Assembly: GCA_036172245.1 (NCBI GenBank)
Contig: JAYWIR010000015.1
Coordinates: 1,426,001 to 1,490,000 of the forward strand
DNA: 64,000 nt
Origin: Raillietiella orientalis
Lineage: Eukaryota
Direction: 5' to 3'
Below, in pieces: positions 12,411 through 24,864 of the stretch. The number at the start of each line of letters is the position of its first letter. Position 1 is the stretch's first letter. The notes under the pieces are model-generated. The model had not been told where the DNA came from. It saw only the letters and a list, made by a program, of their open reading frames with translations, and did not search any database. A program made the position numbers and the translations under genes.

Positions 12411-15400
12411 GGAAGTAGCGTCCGTCACGCAACTGGGCAGGGGAGAGACGGGAGGGGGGGGGGGAAGGGTGTCCGCGCGCCGTGATTGGCCCCTCTCTCG
12501 ACGGAAGCGCGCGCGCGCGGAGGCGAGGAGACCCCCGAGCGCCGTGCTACGAGGCCAGACAGACCGGTCGTCGAGGAAGCAGGGCGCTGCGCTGGAAGTG
12601 CCTGCGCCCGCGTCCTCCCGCGGCAGCAGCTCCGAAGAGGAACGCACGGGGTCCTCCCCCCTCCCTCGGAAGGGTGCAGCAACCCCCCCCCCGCGTGCGG
12701 TGCTCCAGAGCGTCCTTCCTCCCGGAGAGGAGGCGTCTAAGGGGGGCGACTGCTCCCCCTCCCCGCCGCTGCAGCGAGGAAATTCCGTGGCGCACAAGCG
12801 AGCGAGGTCTCCAAAAGGACGGTGGGATCAGGGGTCGAACGAGTCCCGCGGCGCCAGCTGGGTAACAGGTGGGGAGGGACCGTGGCTTCCGGAATGAGAT
12901 GAGGGGGGGGGGGAAGAGAAGATGGGAGAGCTCGAGGGGGATCTGCAAGTCCACCCTCAACCTTTTAACCACCAGGAGCAACTTTCTGCCTGAGACCCGA
13001 GGCTCCCTTCCTCCTGGGTTGGGGTCTTCAAGAACGCCGCCCACCCGGGGGGTTACTGGCGACGTCCGCCCGCGTCCCCGATCCACAATGCGGGACCGGC
13101 CGGAGTCCTGAGGCGACTGGTCTGAAGAGCTCCTTTCGAAGCTGCCATCCGAGCGCCCTCGGAGGTAGCGGTGCAGAGGACCCGCTACGGGCGCCCGTCG
13201 GTCCCACGCCCGTCACCCAGCACTCGCCCCCTCCGTCCTCTAGAAGGAGGGGGTGCGAGCCCTGTCCCGGAAGAGCCAGGAAAACGCCAGCGGCGAATTC
13301 TCCTGCTGCCCCCCTCGGAAGAAGGCGGGCCCCCGGTGCCTGAAGGGACGGAGCCTTTGACCCCGGGGCGCAGAATCGGAAGGATTCCTGCATCCCGTAT
13401 CCCCATGGGTCGTCTGCAGAGGCCGATTCGGGAGCTCGGAGGCCTCGGGTCAAGATCCCGCCAACGCTCGGAGTGCCCGGAAGGCAGGGAACGCTCAGGA
13501 GAGCGCGCGGGGCCGGAAGTCCACCCCCGGGGATGGAGAACGCATTCCATTTTCCCCTCGCCACCCCCAGAAATGTCTCCGAATTCGCGGCGTCTCAGGG
13601 AGGCTTGCGAGACCGAGCGGAAGTTCGCCAGGTCGCGGGAGGCGTCTCGCCAATGCGTCTCGCGGACTGCCGGAGGGCATCCCTCGACGCGGCGAAAAGC
13701 GCGAAGCGGGGGGAGGAGGGGGCGGGGGCGGCAGGAAGTGACCGAGGTGCTTTGCCGCGCCCTCCTTCCTCCCTCTCGACAAGCTGCAGCCGGTTCAGCC
13801 GCAGCCTCCAGAGCGAAACGCGTCCTCCTCCCTGCTCCCCGCTGCACCCGCAGCGGCGCCGCTCCTTCGCTCCTCCCTCTTCTCCCTCCCCAGTTCCCGC
13901 CGTTCCGCCACCCCTTTCCTTGTTTCCCCCTTCCGGGGAACGCTCTCGACTGCCCTTACGCTTGAGGAATGTTCTCGGCTTGCTCGGATCTCGTCAGATG
14001 GGTTTCCCCAGGCAACCGGATCGTCGCCCTCGTTGGCAGGGCGACTGTCCACGCATACTCCGCCATTTTTTCCTACCCCCATCCCTTTCCCTTCCCCTTT
14101 GCAGCCTCATCCTCTCACTGCTCCCGTCTCCTTGCCGGACTTCAGAGAGGAGCAGGTAGATCTGAACGGTGACCGAGGTCAAGACCGAACGTCCCCGCCA
14201 GTGGTGAGCTCAAGGGACTGCGAAAGTCGGCGCGGCAGACGCGAAGGTCCGCTTGCCGCCTCGTGTGCCACGCCCTAGCGCGCGAGCGCGCCACCTACGC
14301 ACGCGCTTCTCGACTTCGCGGCGGCTTCGGCGCCTCGTGACGGGGCAGGAGAAGCCACCCGGAAGGGGGGAGGGGTCGCGGGGGGGAGGAGGGAGGGCAG
14401 ACGATGGGAGAGCAGGGGGGCTGGAGGGAGGAGAGCGGGGAAGCGGGAAACATCGTTACCGGGGATAGCCGGTCGCTGGAACCCGATTACGCGCCTTGGG
14501 GAGGACGGAACGTGGTCCCCACGGTCAGGGGCCCTCTCGGAGGTGCCCGGCGCACTCGCGCCGCCCTAACTCGATTGCAGTGGGAAAACGCGATTACCGG
14601 GATGCGCGGTCGCGCTCCCGAGTAACCCGCCTTCCCGTTCCTTCTTTCCCGGGAACGGATGCAGAGCACACGGTAACGAAGGGGGAGGGGGGGAGGAGGG
14701 GTTTGGCGCGCGCAGATAGCCAGCACGTGGGGAGAGCCCTTCCTGCGAAAGAGGGGGGTAGGGGGCCGTCTAGGGACTCGACTTCTCCCCCGTCGCCGCG
14801 AGGAAATTCTGTAGTCACGGAAGAGTCCGGCCCCCAAGAAGGCGGTAGGCCCAGAGATCAAGCGAGCCCCGCGGCGCCGGCTAGGCAGCAGGCCGGGAGA
14901 GACCGCGGCTTCCAGGGTGGGACGAGGAGATGAGGGAAGGAGGAGGAGGTACCGCTGTCTCCGCACATGAGGCTCCGCACCGCCGCCGGTAGAGATCGGG
15001 AGACGACCCGAGGCCAGCTGGTCTTCTAGGCGGGAGCAGGAAGCGCTAGCGAGACCGAGGGTGCAGGAAGAGGGAGGAGAAGGAAGAGGGGAGGAGAAGG
15101 AACACTGACAATGATGCGCTCTTAGGGGAGGCCCATCTTTCCCGAGAAGGGGAGCGGAGTGGCGGCGGAAGGCCGAAAATGCCGGAAAACTCCTTCGCGC
15201 GCCCTTGCGGCTGAGGGACGCCCGCTCTGCAGAGCCCCTCTGCGAATAGGTTGCGGGGTCGCCGCGTTCCCTCGGGCCGGAGATCCCGGATCGGTCGGTT
15301 GGGACGCCGGCCGCGCGGGGGATGCGGACAGGGAGCGGTGGACCCCTTCCTACTCCGCCCTGCGTCCTCAAGGGGGAAGGCACCGGAAGAGCGAGGCTAC

Positions 15401-15740
15401 CCTTCCCCTTCCGATCTCTCGGCGTTTCCCCTTTCTTCCCCCTCCTGTTTCCTCGTAGGAGATAGGACACGTGACCCGAGGTCGCGCAAGGGATGGAGCT
15501 GGTCCGCTCGAGCGCGAGGCGACCCACGCTCGAGTCCGACCCGGGGCGCAGCGCTGCCCGTCTTTCCGTCCGCTGAGCCCCTGCCACCTTCCAGAAGTTC
15601 CCGCTTCGGAGGGCTCCAAGCAGCAACGGGAATCGACGGCCGTTGGATGCCCGCGCGCCCCTCTCTTCAATGCCCCCTGGCAGAAGTGACCGCCTTGCGA
15701 TGGCGGATCCGAGGACCCATGGCTCCACCGATCCCAGTTC

Positions 15741-15756
15741 GGTTGCCCTGGCAACC
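15741..15756. promoter_or_regulatory. Palindromic RFX X-box-like site GGTTGCC-CT-GGCAACC
   Basis: Exact match to GTNRCC-N2-RGYAAC, with 7-bp perfect inverted arms. It is a single site, so function is unproven. Confidence 0.35.
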
Positions 15757-16839
15757 ACCGCGCGCCGACCTGCTCTGTTGTCGGTGCGCCTTCCTCCTCG
15801 CGCGCTGACGTCCTTCCCTCCGGGCTTAGCGGGGTGGAGGTCGACCTACTGGGGCGCGCGCCTTTTGACCACCTCTCCGTCCCTCAATGGGGGTGGGTGG
15901 CAGCTCCCTCCCTCGCGCTCCTGGCCTCCTTGACCCGAGAAGCGACCTCGGGCAGGACGTCGCCCTCTATTCCTCCCTCTCTGCTCCCGGAGGGGGGAGG
16001 TGATCGATCTCAGGCGCACCCTGCGCGGCAGGAGCGCGTGAAGGACCCCTGCATGCGTGCTCGTCTCCTTCCTAGAGAGACCATGGGCCAGCTGCCCTTC
16101 CTCGTCCTCCCCTCCCCACTTCCCCCTCTTTCCCGGCCTCCCGTGCGCCGCGTCGACACCACCTGGAGAGCAACGGGTGCTCAGCGGAGAGGACAGAGTG
16201 GTGAGCAGTCGGTCGGGGAGACTTCCCTGGAATCAATCCGGAAGCCGCCTCTGCGCGCAGGCGACCCTGGGGGAGAGGTGCGCAGGAGCTGCCGGCTTCT
16301 TCCTTCCCTCACCGTTTCGGAGGACCGAGAGGGAAAATCTCCTCCTCTTGCCCTTCTCCTTTCCCTCTTGACCGGACTTGACCGGGCAGTCACAGCAGGC
16401 TGTGCTCGTAGCCGGGGGACCAAGCAGCTCGAATCCCGAACCTCCCTCAACGGGACCTGCAGAGACCGGGGAAACCTCACCCTCTCCTCCGGCCTCGCTC
16501 CCATCCCTCAGAACGCCGGGAGTCCTCCGGGAAACTCCTCTCCAGCCTGCCACTGAAATGAGAGGGAATACCCTTCGGAAAGAGGGGAGGAATGGGGAGC
16601 GGGCCTCCCTGCCTCCCTCTCCCGGCTGCACCCGTTAGGCGCGCGCAATGACGCGGCAGGAACCCGGAGCTGAGCGCGTCCCTGGGCGGAATCCTCACAA
16701 GAAAGGGGAGGAGGAAAGTAGAGGGGAGGGGAGGCAACCGCCTTCCCGAAAGCCCGTCTGTGTCCATGCGCCATGGAGAGGGGGGGGAGAGGAAGGGGGG
16801 GAGGAGAGGAATTTCCAGACACATCGCGCTCGCGTTTCC

Positions 16840-17035
16840 GTTTTATCTTTCGTTACCAGGACGCATGCTAAACGCTGCCGAGGATGGGAGATGATTGCGC
16901 TCGTGACTCATTCTTCCGAGATGAAAAGACAGCCAATGGCACGCGAGGAGCCGCGCGCGTGAGGATAATTGCGTAATGGCGAAGGAACGTCGGGAGGAGC
17001 GGGACGCGGGCGCGCGCGGCGGCGGTAATTAGCGA
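16840..17035. promoter_or_regulatory. AT-enriched motif island: AP-1, CCAAT, C/EBP-like and homeodomain sites
   Basis: TGACTCA 16904-16910, CCAAT 16933, ATTGCGTAAT 16968-16977, TAATTA 17026-17031. Confidence 0.35.
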
Positions 17036-17193
17036 AGAAGGAGAACCGCGCGCGCGGGAAAACCGGCGACCGCGCCACGAGGCTTTCGGCCGACGGCGCC
17101 GCCGCCGCCCACACTCTGTAGCGGCGCGCTGCATTGACACGGGCGGTCGGGCGCCGTCCCGCTCGTCTGCCGGAGCGCGGCGCGACCGTGACG

Positions 17194-17432
17194 TCTCTCC
17201 CTTCCTCCTCCTCCTTCCCCGTTTCCTCCTGCTCTATCCTTCCTCTTTCTCCTCCTTCTTTCCTCCTCCTCCTCCCTCTCTCCCTCCTCCCCTTCCCTTC
17301 TTCCTCCTCCTCCTCTTCCGTTTCTCTTCCTTCCTTCTTATTCCTCTTCTTGCTCCACCCTTCCTCTTTCTCCTTTCCTACCCTTCTATTGTCCCTCTCT
17401 CTCTCTCTTATGCTGCTCCTCCTCTCCTTCCC
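17194..17432 (+). repeat. Long polypyrimidine tract
   Basis: 239 nt with 13 purines; 17237-17319 is purine-free. Confidence 0.92.
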
Positions 17433-20400
17433 GTTTGAGCATCCGCAGACCAGGGAGGACTGCCTTGAGGACACAGAGCAGCTCCGGAGGCCTATCACCT
17501 GCCTTCTTTTCCGGAAGGACAGGAAATGGGGAGTCGAGGGGAGTGGCGGGACCAAAGAAAGAGAAAGCTACCTCGGCTGCCTTATCCCCCGGAAACAGGG
17601 CGACGCATTCTCACAGGTCGGGAGGCACTCCCTGGACTTTTCCGGGGGAGATCCTCAGGTCCGTAAGGGAGCAGGGAGCTCCTCCAGACTTCTTCCAGCC
17701 CCTGGACGACAGCCTGAAGAGGGCAGGGAACGAGGCAGGTGAATCCCATCGGAGTTACCGAGCTTCCTAGGGAGAGTGCGCGCTGCCCCACCGTCCCTCT
17801 CTGATCCGTGCCGCCCTCCCCCGTTCTCGTTCGTTCCGACGGTGGGAGGTCTATGGAGGACGATGCTCTCGGTGGCAGAGACGGGGGCGGAGGGGGTGGG
17901 GTCTTCCTCCTCCTGCCTGCGGAACAGCGTCTTGCCCTCCCGTTCGGCCACCTCTTCCCCCTCGCTCCTTCGGGAACACCCGCGCGCATGTTCCCGGTCG
18001 CCAGTCTTCCCACATCCCGGCGGATCCAAGAGGTCCGCATGCGCGCGCAGACCGCGGCAGGGAGTGGGGCGCCTGCCTACCCCCCCCCCCCGCCCTCGTC
18101 GGAAACGGGACGCGACGCGCGGGCGGGGCGAAGGCGGAAAGGCGAAAAGGGCAGGAAGCGAGGAGGCGGATCTCCCGTGGCCGCGCGCTATCCCGAGGCC
18201 GGAGCGGCGTCCGGGCAGGAGTCATCCCGGCGCGCGCGCGCGTTTCTCCCCATCTTCCTTTCCCTCAGGGTATGTCCCTCCCCTCACTTCCACCTTCCTG
18301 TGGGAGCGACAGCGAGAAACGAATCGATTCCCGCTCTCCTCCCCTCCATGCCCCCCGGGCGACCCATGAGGAGGACGCGCGATAACCGCCCCTATAAATA
18401 AGCCGGTCGCTTCCGAGCGTCGCGCAGATAAGGAGGAAACGCGCGGCGGAAGGAGCCGCTGTCCGCGGTAGGGGAGGGAGGGAGAAAGAAAAAAAGGGGA
18501 AGGAGGGAGGGGGGAAGAATTCCCGGCTTCCCCCTTCCACCCTCTCCTTTTCCCTCTCTCGGCTTCCTTCCTCGCCCGCGGGCGCTCGCTAGCGAGCGGA
18601 GGAAGGCTCGGGAGACGGGGAAAGGAAGGGGGGAGGGAATCGCGCCCAGAAATTCCATCGCAGGAGGATGATAAATCTGGAATAGCAGGGATTACGCGCG
18701 CTTCCTTAAATCTCCCGGGTTTTGTCCCGGATGGCGCTGTTAATAAGGGAATTCGTGCCCGTCGTTTGCCGTGGGCCGGTAGGGAACGGGGACACCTCGC
18801 CCGCCACATTCCTGGAGGGTGCGGGCGGCGCCGCCGGGAACCTTCCTCGCGCTTCCCTCCTCTTCCCCGTCCGGGAGAGGAGCGGGAGGGGAGGGGTCCC
18901 GAGCGGTGATCCCGCGCCACCCTCACCGCTCATGGGGGGAGGGCAGTGAGGAAGGGTGGCTCCAGGCAGAGATCTTTCCTGACGGGGAAGCGGCAGCAGC
19001 TGACTCCGATCGACGCGCCGCCGCCGGACACCCTCCCCCCTCCCCCCCTCCAACGGGCGTGCCACCGACCTCCCTCGCTCCACTCCCCCCCTAATTGGAC
19101 CCTATTATGTTTGTTTGCTTGATTACGTCAGCTGATCTCGGAGTGCACGGTTTGGCGAGCGGGATGATGGCGATGGGGCGACGCGCTCGCCCGCGCACTT
19201 CCGGGTTCCGCTCCGCGGAGCCCGCCGGTCAGCTCCGGACGCTCCCGAGGTGACCGGCGCGCCGGGCGGGGAAGGGGGGAAGGAAACGGCGAGAAGACGG
19301 CCGGTCCGGAGCGGATGGGATGCACGGAGGCTGGGCGGCGCCGTCGCGCGTCACCCTCTTGCAGGAAGGTGGTGCCAGCGTCCTTGCCAATTTCCAGCTC
19401 TCGAGGGAGCACTCTGGAGCGCTTCATGGGGTGGCCTCCGGGCTGGCCCCAGGGAGTCGTGCCCAGCGGCCACTGCGGGGAAGAGGCGTGGTGCTCCTCA
19501 CGAGGGAGGAGGACCGGGGGAGAAATCGGAAGTGGCGACGGCTGCGCCTCCGCTTCGCTAGGAGGGCAGAGCCGCAGTCCCTTACGGTTGCGTGCGACGG
19601 TGGGGGTACCAGCGGGGTGGAGAGGAATACGGGAGCCCAGCATCCCCGCAACGCCCCGGCCGCCGCGAGGACGTCCGGAGACCCCGTCCGGGGGTGCTCG
19701 AGGGAAGGTCAAGGGCAGACCGGGAAGTGGAAGGTGGAGGAAGAGGAGGGGGAAACATCCGAAGGAAGGGCCGAAACGGGGTAGGAGCGGAAAGAGGGAG
19801 AGGGGAATCCACGGCCGGGAGAACCCTGGGAGGGAGGGACACGGGAGGAGACCGATGGAGTGGCACGCGAGCTTCAGAGGCGAGGGTGGGGGCGGGGTGC
19901 GAAGAGCAGGAAGCCGCCTTTCTCCTCCCCCCTCTCCCCCCTCCCTCCTCTTTCCGTCGGGGGAGACGACGCACCGGCCCCGCCCTGAAATTCCACCGAG
20001 ACACAGCCAGCCCTCTGCGTTCCCAGATCTCCCTCCGAGACGGTGCTCGAATCCACCTCTTCCCGGCGGGACGGAGGGAGCGTCTGCCCCCGATTAGGCC
20101 CCACTCCGGGACGCGCGAAGGGGAGGAGCGGGGGAATCTTCCACAGAGTATCGGAAATCTTCCCGTGATCAGTGGGCCCTCCCCACAGAGGCCCCAATGA
20201 GCGCCACCGTGCCGAGGGGTCCTCGAGATGGGGGAGGAACGAACCAGCGAAGTCGGTGCGAGAGAGGTCAGGGCGCCCGGGGAGAGGCGGTGGGAGAGGA
20301 GGAGGAGCAACAGCTGAGGCGGAAAGAACGGGAGATCCCTGCGCTCCTCGCGCCTGCCTCCAGGAGCTGACCCCGCGACCGGGTCCGGCAGGGTGAGACC

Positions 20401-23400
20401 TGCTGTGACAGGCGAGGTCGCAGGCGGTTCCTATGCTCCCGAGATCCCTGCTGCCCTCGCGTCGGCGTGCCAGGAGCGGCCGAACGGATCCCCTAACCCT
20501 CGGTCGCTCCTCTGCGCCTTTCGAGGGGTCTGGCTGGGTGGTTCGACCGAGGCATCGCGGCTCAGCGAGGTCGTCCTAGCCCAGAGCGTCGAGGGACGGT
20601 GGGGGTGCTCGGAGTCCGTGCTCCTGCGCGTCCCAAGGGCAAGGGAACGACGGGAAAGGACCCGCGCGTAGCATCCTGTATCCGTGAAAACGGGATCGAA
20701 AGGAGGAGAGCCTCCAGAGGATTGCCTCCTCCGTCCGGACTGGGCAGCTCTCTTGCACCCGGAAAACTGGCACCGCAGGGAGCGATCCCCGAGGCGCGAC
20801 CCGGGGACCTCCTGCGTACTCCCCTCCATTTTGCGTGGGAAGGGCGGAAGGAAGCTCCTGCATCCCCCATGGTTTGCAGGCTGCAGGAGCGACCCCTGCC
20901 AGCCCTTGTGAAGGGATTGCTGAGGACGGAATTTCCCCGTCCCAATCCCTCTCCCCCCCCCCTCGGGGGGAGGAGTGGCCTTCGCCGCTGGAGAGAACCT
21001 GCCAGGTCAGGCGAGGGCAGGGAAGGAGGGGACTCCCAAACTCCCCGGTCGCCGGAACGCGCGCGCGCAAGGGCGGCTCTGGATGCGGGCCGGGAGTGTC
21101 CTCCGGGGTCTCAGTGTGTTTGAGGGAGGAACCCCGGCGCGTTCACGGGGGGAAAGACCCATGGACGCGCGTTCGCCCTCCTGCAGCTCTCGAAGGGCGC
21201 CTCAGACCTGGGCCCTCGGCTCTGGATTGCGGGCGTAGGGGGAAAGAGAGGAGGGGAAGGAATAGGAGCATCCCGGAAGAAGGGGTCATCTGTAGGCTAT
21301 TAAGGTCACCTCAAGGGCATCCTCAGGGATCGCCCTGGCTTCAAGAAGAGAGAAAGCCTGTTTTGACCCGAGGGGAAGGAGAGGGAAGGAGGGAGAGGAG
21401 GAGAAGGAGAGACTTTTTCGCTGCCTCTGAACCTGCCGGCGGGGCGGGAATGCGCAGAGTGCAAAGAACTGACCCCAGAAGGGGCAGAAGGGAGCCTCCT
21501 TCAGACGATCCTCTGAGGAAAAGCCGGGTCATCGCCCGAGAAGTGCACAGCAACCATTCGACCCTTCCCGCGAGGGGCCGACCCCCGACGGGACAACACT
21601 GCTGGGGTCCCGACGAACCCGCAGGAACAAGGGAAACGCGGCCACAGCAGACCTCGGAAACCTGGCGGTGCCCTCGAGGTGCCTGCCTGCTCGCGCCTCT
21701 CCTTGCAGGTGGTCGCTGGTGAGAGAGAGACCTGCCCCCAGGGAGACCGCCCCCATATGGGCTCGGTGAAGGCTGGAGCCCTGATTCTGAAGGCCCGGGT
21801 CCTTCCTGCCCCTCCCCCTCCTCCTTCGAGAACAAGCTGCTCGAGATACCGCGGGAGCCGCGAAAGGAATGGAAGCACCCCCACTCGTGGGGCTCCTCGA
21901 TTGGAGCGGTTCCTCAGGCCAGGGAGGAAGCGAACTCGCCAAAGGCGGTGGGCGAGGAACGCTGCAGCGGGATGGCGGGGCATGGGCGCGGACTGCCCGG
22001 AGTGTCCCCCTGCTTTTCATTTCTTTCCCTGGCGGGTACATGTCGAGTGGCTGCAGTTTCGAAGCCTCCTGGATTCTCGAGGGCGCGCTCTTCCTGTGAC
22101 CCGAACCGGAACGAGGTCGGGCTTCCTCTTCCTTCCTCCTCGCAGGTCGCGCGAGCTGCCGCCAGGCGGACGGGCGGAGGGTGGGCAGACATCCTCTTAC
22201 CGGACGCGCGCCCGCCCGCAGGCACGAGGCCCTCCCCCGTCCAGCGAGGACCGACCACGGGGCCGCCGCAAGAGCCCTGCGAGTTCGCGCTTTGCTCCGA
22301 ATCGGAGCTTCACGGCAGCCCCAACTCGGCGGAGCCTCGCTCCCCTCATCTTCCCCGGCAAAAGGGAAAGGTGCCCTTAGACCACCACCAGCAGCAGCCT
22401 GTAAGGGAGAACATCTCCCGTCCTTATTCTCTCCAGAGGCATTTCATCCCTCTTCTCCGACAATAACCTTTTTTTCCTTTTTTTCCCTCCTCCCCTTGTT
22501 GGGGCGTGTTCGTGGCAAGAAAACAAAAAAAAAAAAGCGCAATTACATAAAACAAAAAAAGAAGACACCCCACGAGAACTGTCATTGTCGTGTCATGCAT
22601 CATCCACCTCGGTTAGCGGAGCGCAGCCGAAACACGAACACCATTAGCCACTTTCCGTTAACATGGTGACACTGCTTTCGCGTGTGTTGTTGTTGTTGTT
22701 TTTTCTTTTGGACCCTCCGAAGGAAGAGCATGCGTCATTTGAATGAAACAGTAACATAGCTGATTAGGAGATACGCGACCATGGGAACGCGAAATGCCAC
22801 GAGAATCCACTGGGCCGAAGGCAAGCTCATTTCGACACCGGTGGTTTGGAACAGATGATGGGATACCGAAAGACACAGCAGCCGCAGCAGCCTCGTTCCC
22901 GCGAAGGACAAGCACTCTTGGATGTGGGGGGGAGGGCGCAGTTTTCTCGAGGTGAAACCCGATCCTGATCGTTTGCCTCTGATTGTTTTCCTATGGGTGC
23001 ATCTCATCGGTTCGAAAAGAATTAGGCAGGAGAGCGCAAGAGTCTCAGAAGAGGACTCTCTGGCAAAGCTCCCTAGCCCAGCACCGTTAATTGATTCTTA
23101 TTCTGAGAATGAATCCGGCAGAGGATCGATCTTCCTTCACCACTAAAGCACGGGATGTAAATTACTTGCCAGGAGAACCCGACGAGGCTCATCTGGGCAA
23201 ATCTACATTGTAAACTGGGACGTGCATTTTAGCAGTGCGAAATTCTGCTACATACAGGTTAGAAAATGGCATCTTTAAGGTCAAAAGGGACCGTGGGTTC
23301 CATTCCTTTCAAGGAAGACTCCTGCCGAATTAAATATTCACGTAATACTCACGTGTGTTTTTCTTTTTATAATAGCTTTTTCATAACCTTAACTTTGTGA

Positions 23401-23838
23401 GGTAAAGCATAATCATTATCTTTGAGTATGAATTTTGCCAAAGCCACCTGCTTTCCAACAGATGCATACTGGTTTATGATCTGTCTATCTATATCTATCT
23501 GTCTATATATAATAATAAGAATGCATAGAATAATTCTGGTCTTACTGCACTCTATGACTGTACCTCGATCACAGATTTTCTTTTCTTTTTTTTTGTAATA
23601 GATGCGTTCGCGATCTTTCGAAAAGTCTAATCTAACTCAAGAGGTAAATCCGAAGATGTTGGACTTCCGGGACACCTGTTCCCGCGAAAATTCAGATGAA
23701 CACACATTACGTTTACATTTACTCTGCCCCCAAACGAACATACACAGCAATGTTCCCACCTTATTGCGCGTTTTCCAGCTTTTTCTCGATTATTAATAAT
23801 AGTTCAGCTTGCGTTTGATCTCAAAAGACTCCACAACC

Positions 23839-23841
<3 letters not shown>

Positions 23842-23869
<28 letters not shown>
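23842..23869. repeat. T28 homopolymer immediately followed by AG
   Basis: Seen directly; AG at 23870-23871. Confidence 0.9.
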
Positions 23870-23870
<1 letters not shown>

Positions 23871-24235
23871 GTCAAGAGTTTGCACGTGATGCTCGGGATG
23901 AGACTTACGGTTGTCCCTTGGGTAGTCCAAAGTATTTAAATTCTGATTTACCGCCTATATAATTTTGCAAAGATTTCTTCACCTCAACGTGCTGTTTGAA
24001 ACCTCATTGTTTTTCCGAGCCCAATCACCAATACAAACTTATTAAATTGTCATCTCTTGAAAAATTCTAGTCATGAAGTGTACAAGGAAGGGAAACGGAA
24101 GAACGTTTGCAGAAGGAGGCATGCACATTACACTCAATGGGGAAATTTTCGATTCGAACACAGTCTCAATTGATGCGCCAACGAAAGCAAAAAAAAAAAA
24201 AATCTCTTTGCGATTGAAACGAGAGAAAAAAATGT

Positions 24236-24262
24236 AAAAAAAAAAAAAAAAAAAAAAAAAAA
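24236..24262. repeat. A27 homopolymer
   Basis: Seen directly. Confidence 0.9.
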
Positions 24263-24864
24263 TCGAATACTTGTACAAAGTGCAATTTTCAGTCACCGGA
24301 AAAACGAATATTTACGCTCATTGAAAGCACGTTATAGCGCTTCTAAATACATAGCAATCAGAATGCATTATAAGCTTTCAATCATAATTTGGAAATTTAC
24401 TCAATAATTACTGTCAATATAAAGACACAATATTTTTAAAGGTGCAACCCAATATTGAATATTCTTTTAAGTTTAAAAGCGGATGCAGTTAATGATATGC
24501 TTAATGTCACGTGGAGTCACGGAATTATGGGTAACATGGCATCCGCAATTTCTGTTCCCTGACGGATTGTGTGTCCACAGTGAGAAAAATCGAGTAATTG
24601 TGACATATTAATACATCTTATGGATCGATAATTAATGCATCATGCTCTTGTAACGCTCCCGTGGGATTTCAGCTTCCAAGTAAATGGAAGATAGCAACAG
24701 GTAGACTTTGCATTTCATAGCACTCAATCGCAAGCGAAGAAACGTTGCATTTTTCTTATCCATTTTTTACTTTTTCCGCGTAAACCGCCGGCATTTTTTC
24801 TTCTTCTTTCGTTTTTTTTTCTTTTTTTCCCGTCCCCCTCCCCTCCCCCCCCAAAAAAAAATAG

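Larger units (their letters stand above)
1..22450. other. GC-rich, CpG-rich compositional domain with alternating purine and pyrimidine blocks
   Basis: Hand count of 2161-2220 gives 44/60 GC, versus 14/60 at 24361-24420 and 31/60 at 44641-44700. There is a lower-GC interruption at about 5.4-7.1 kb. The right boundary is approximate. Confidence 0.85.

Noticed and set aside
72..22669. Long ORFs up to 441 aa (e.g. 578-1531, 1883-3208, 3648-4799, 14487-15758)
   Set aside because: They overlap in all six frames, are dominated by R/G/P/S/A, and show no recognisable domain. This is expected from stop-codon scarcity in very GC-rich DNA.
22855..22951. Possible first coding exon MMGYRKTQQPQQPRSREG... 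ending at G|GTGAAA
   Set aside because: The nearest downstream acceptors tested lead to early stops in that phase, so support is too weak to call.
23842..24262. T28 and A27 as terminal inverted repeats of a MITE or as retrocopy tails
   Set aside because: Homopolymers are abundant throughout this domain, and no TSD or other terminal similarity was seen.
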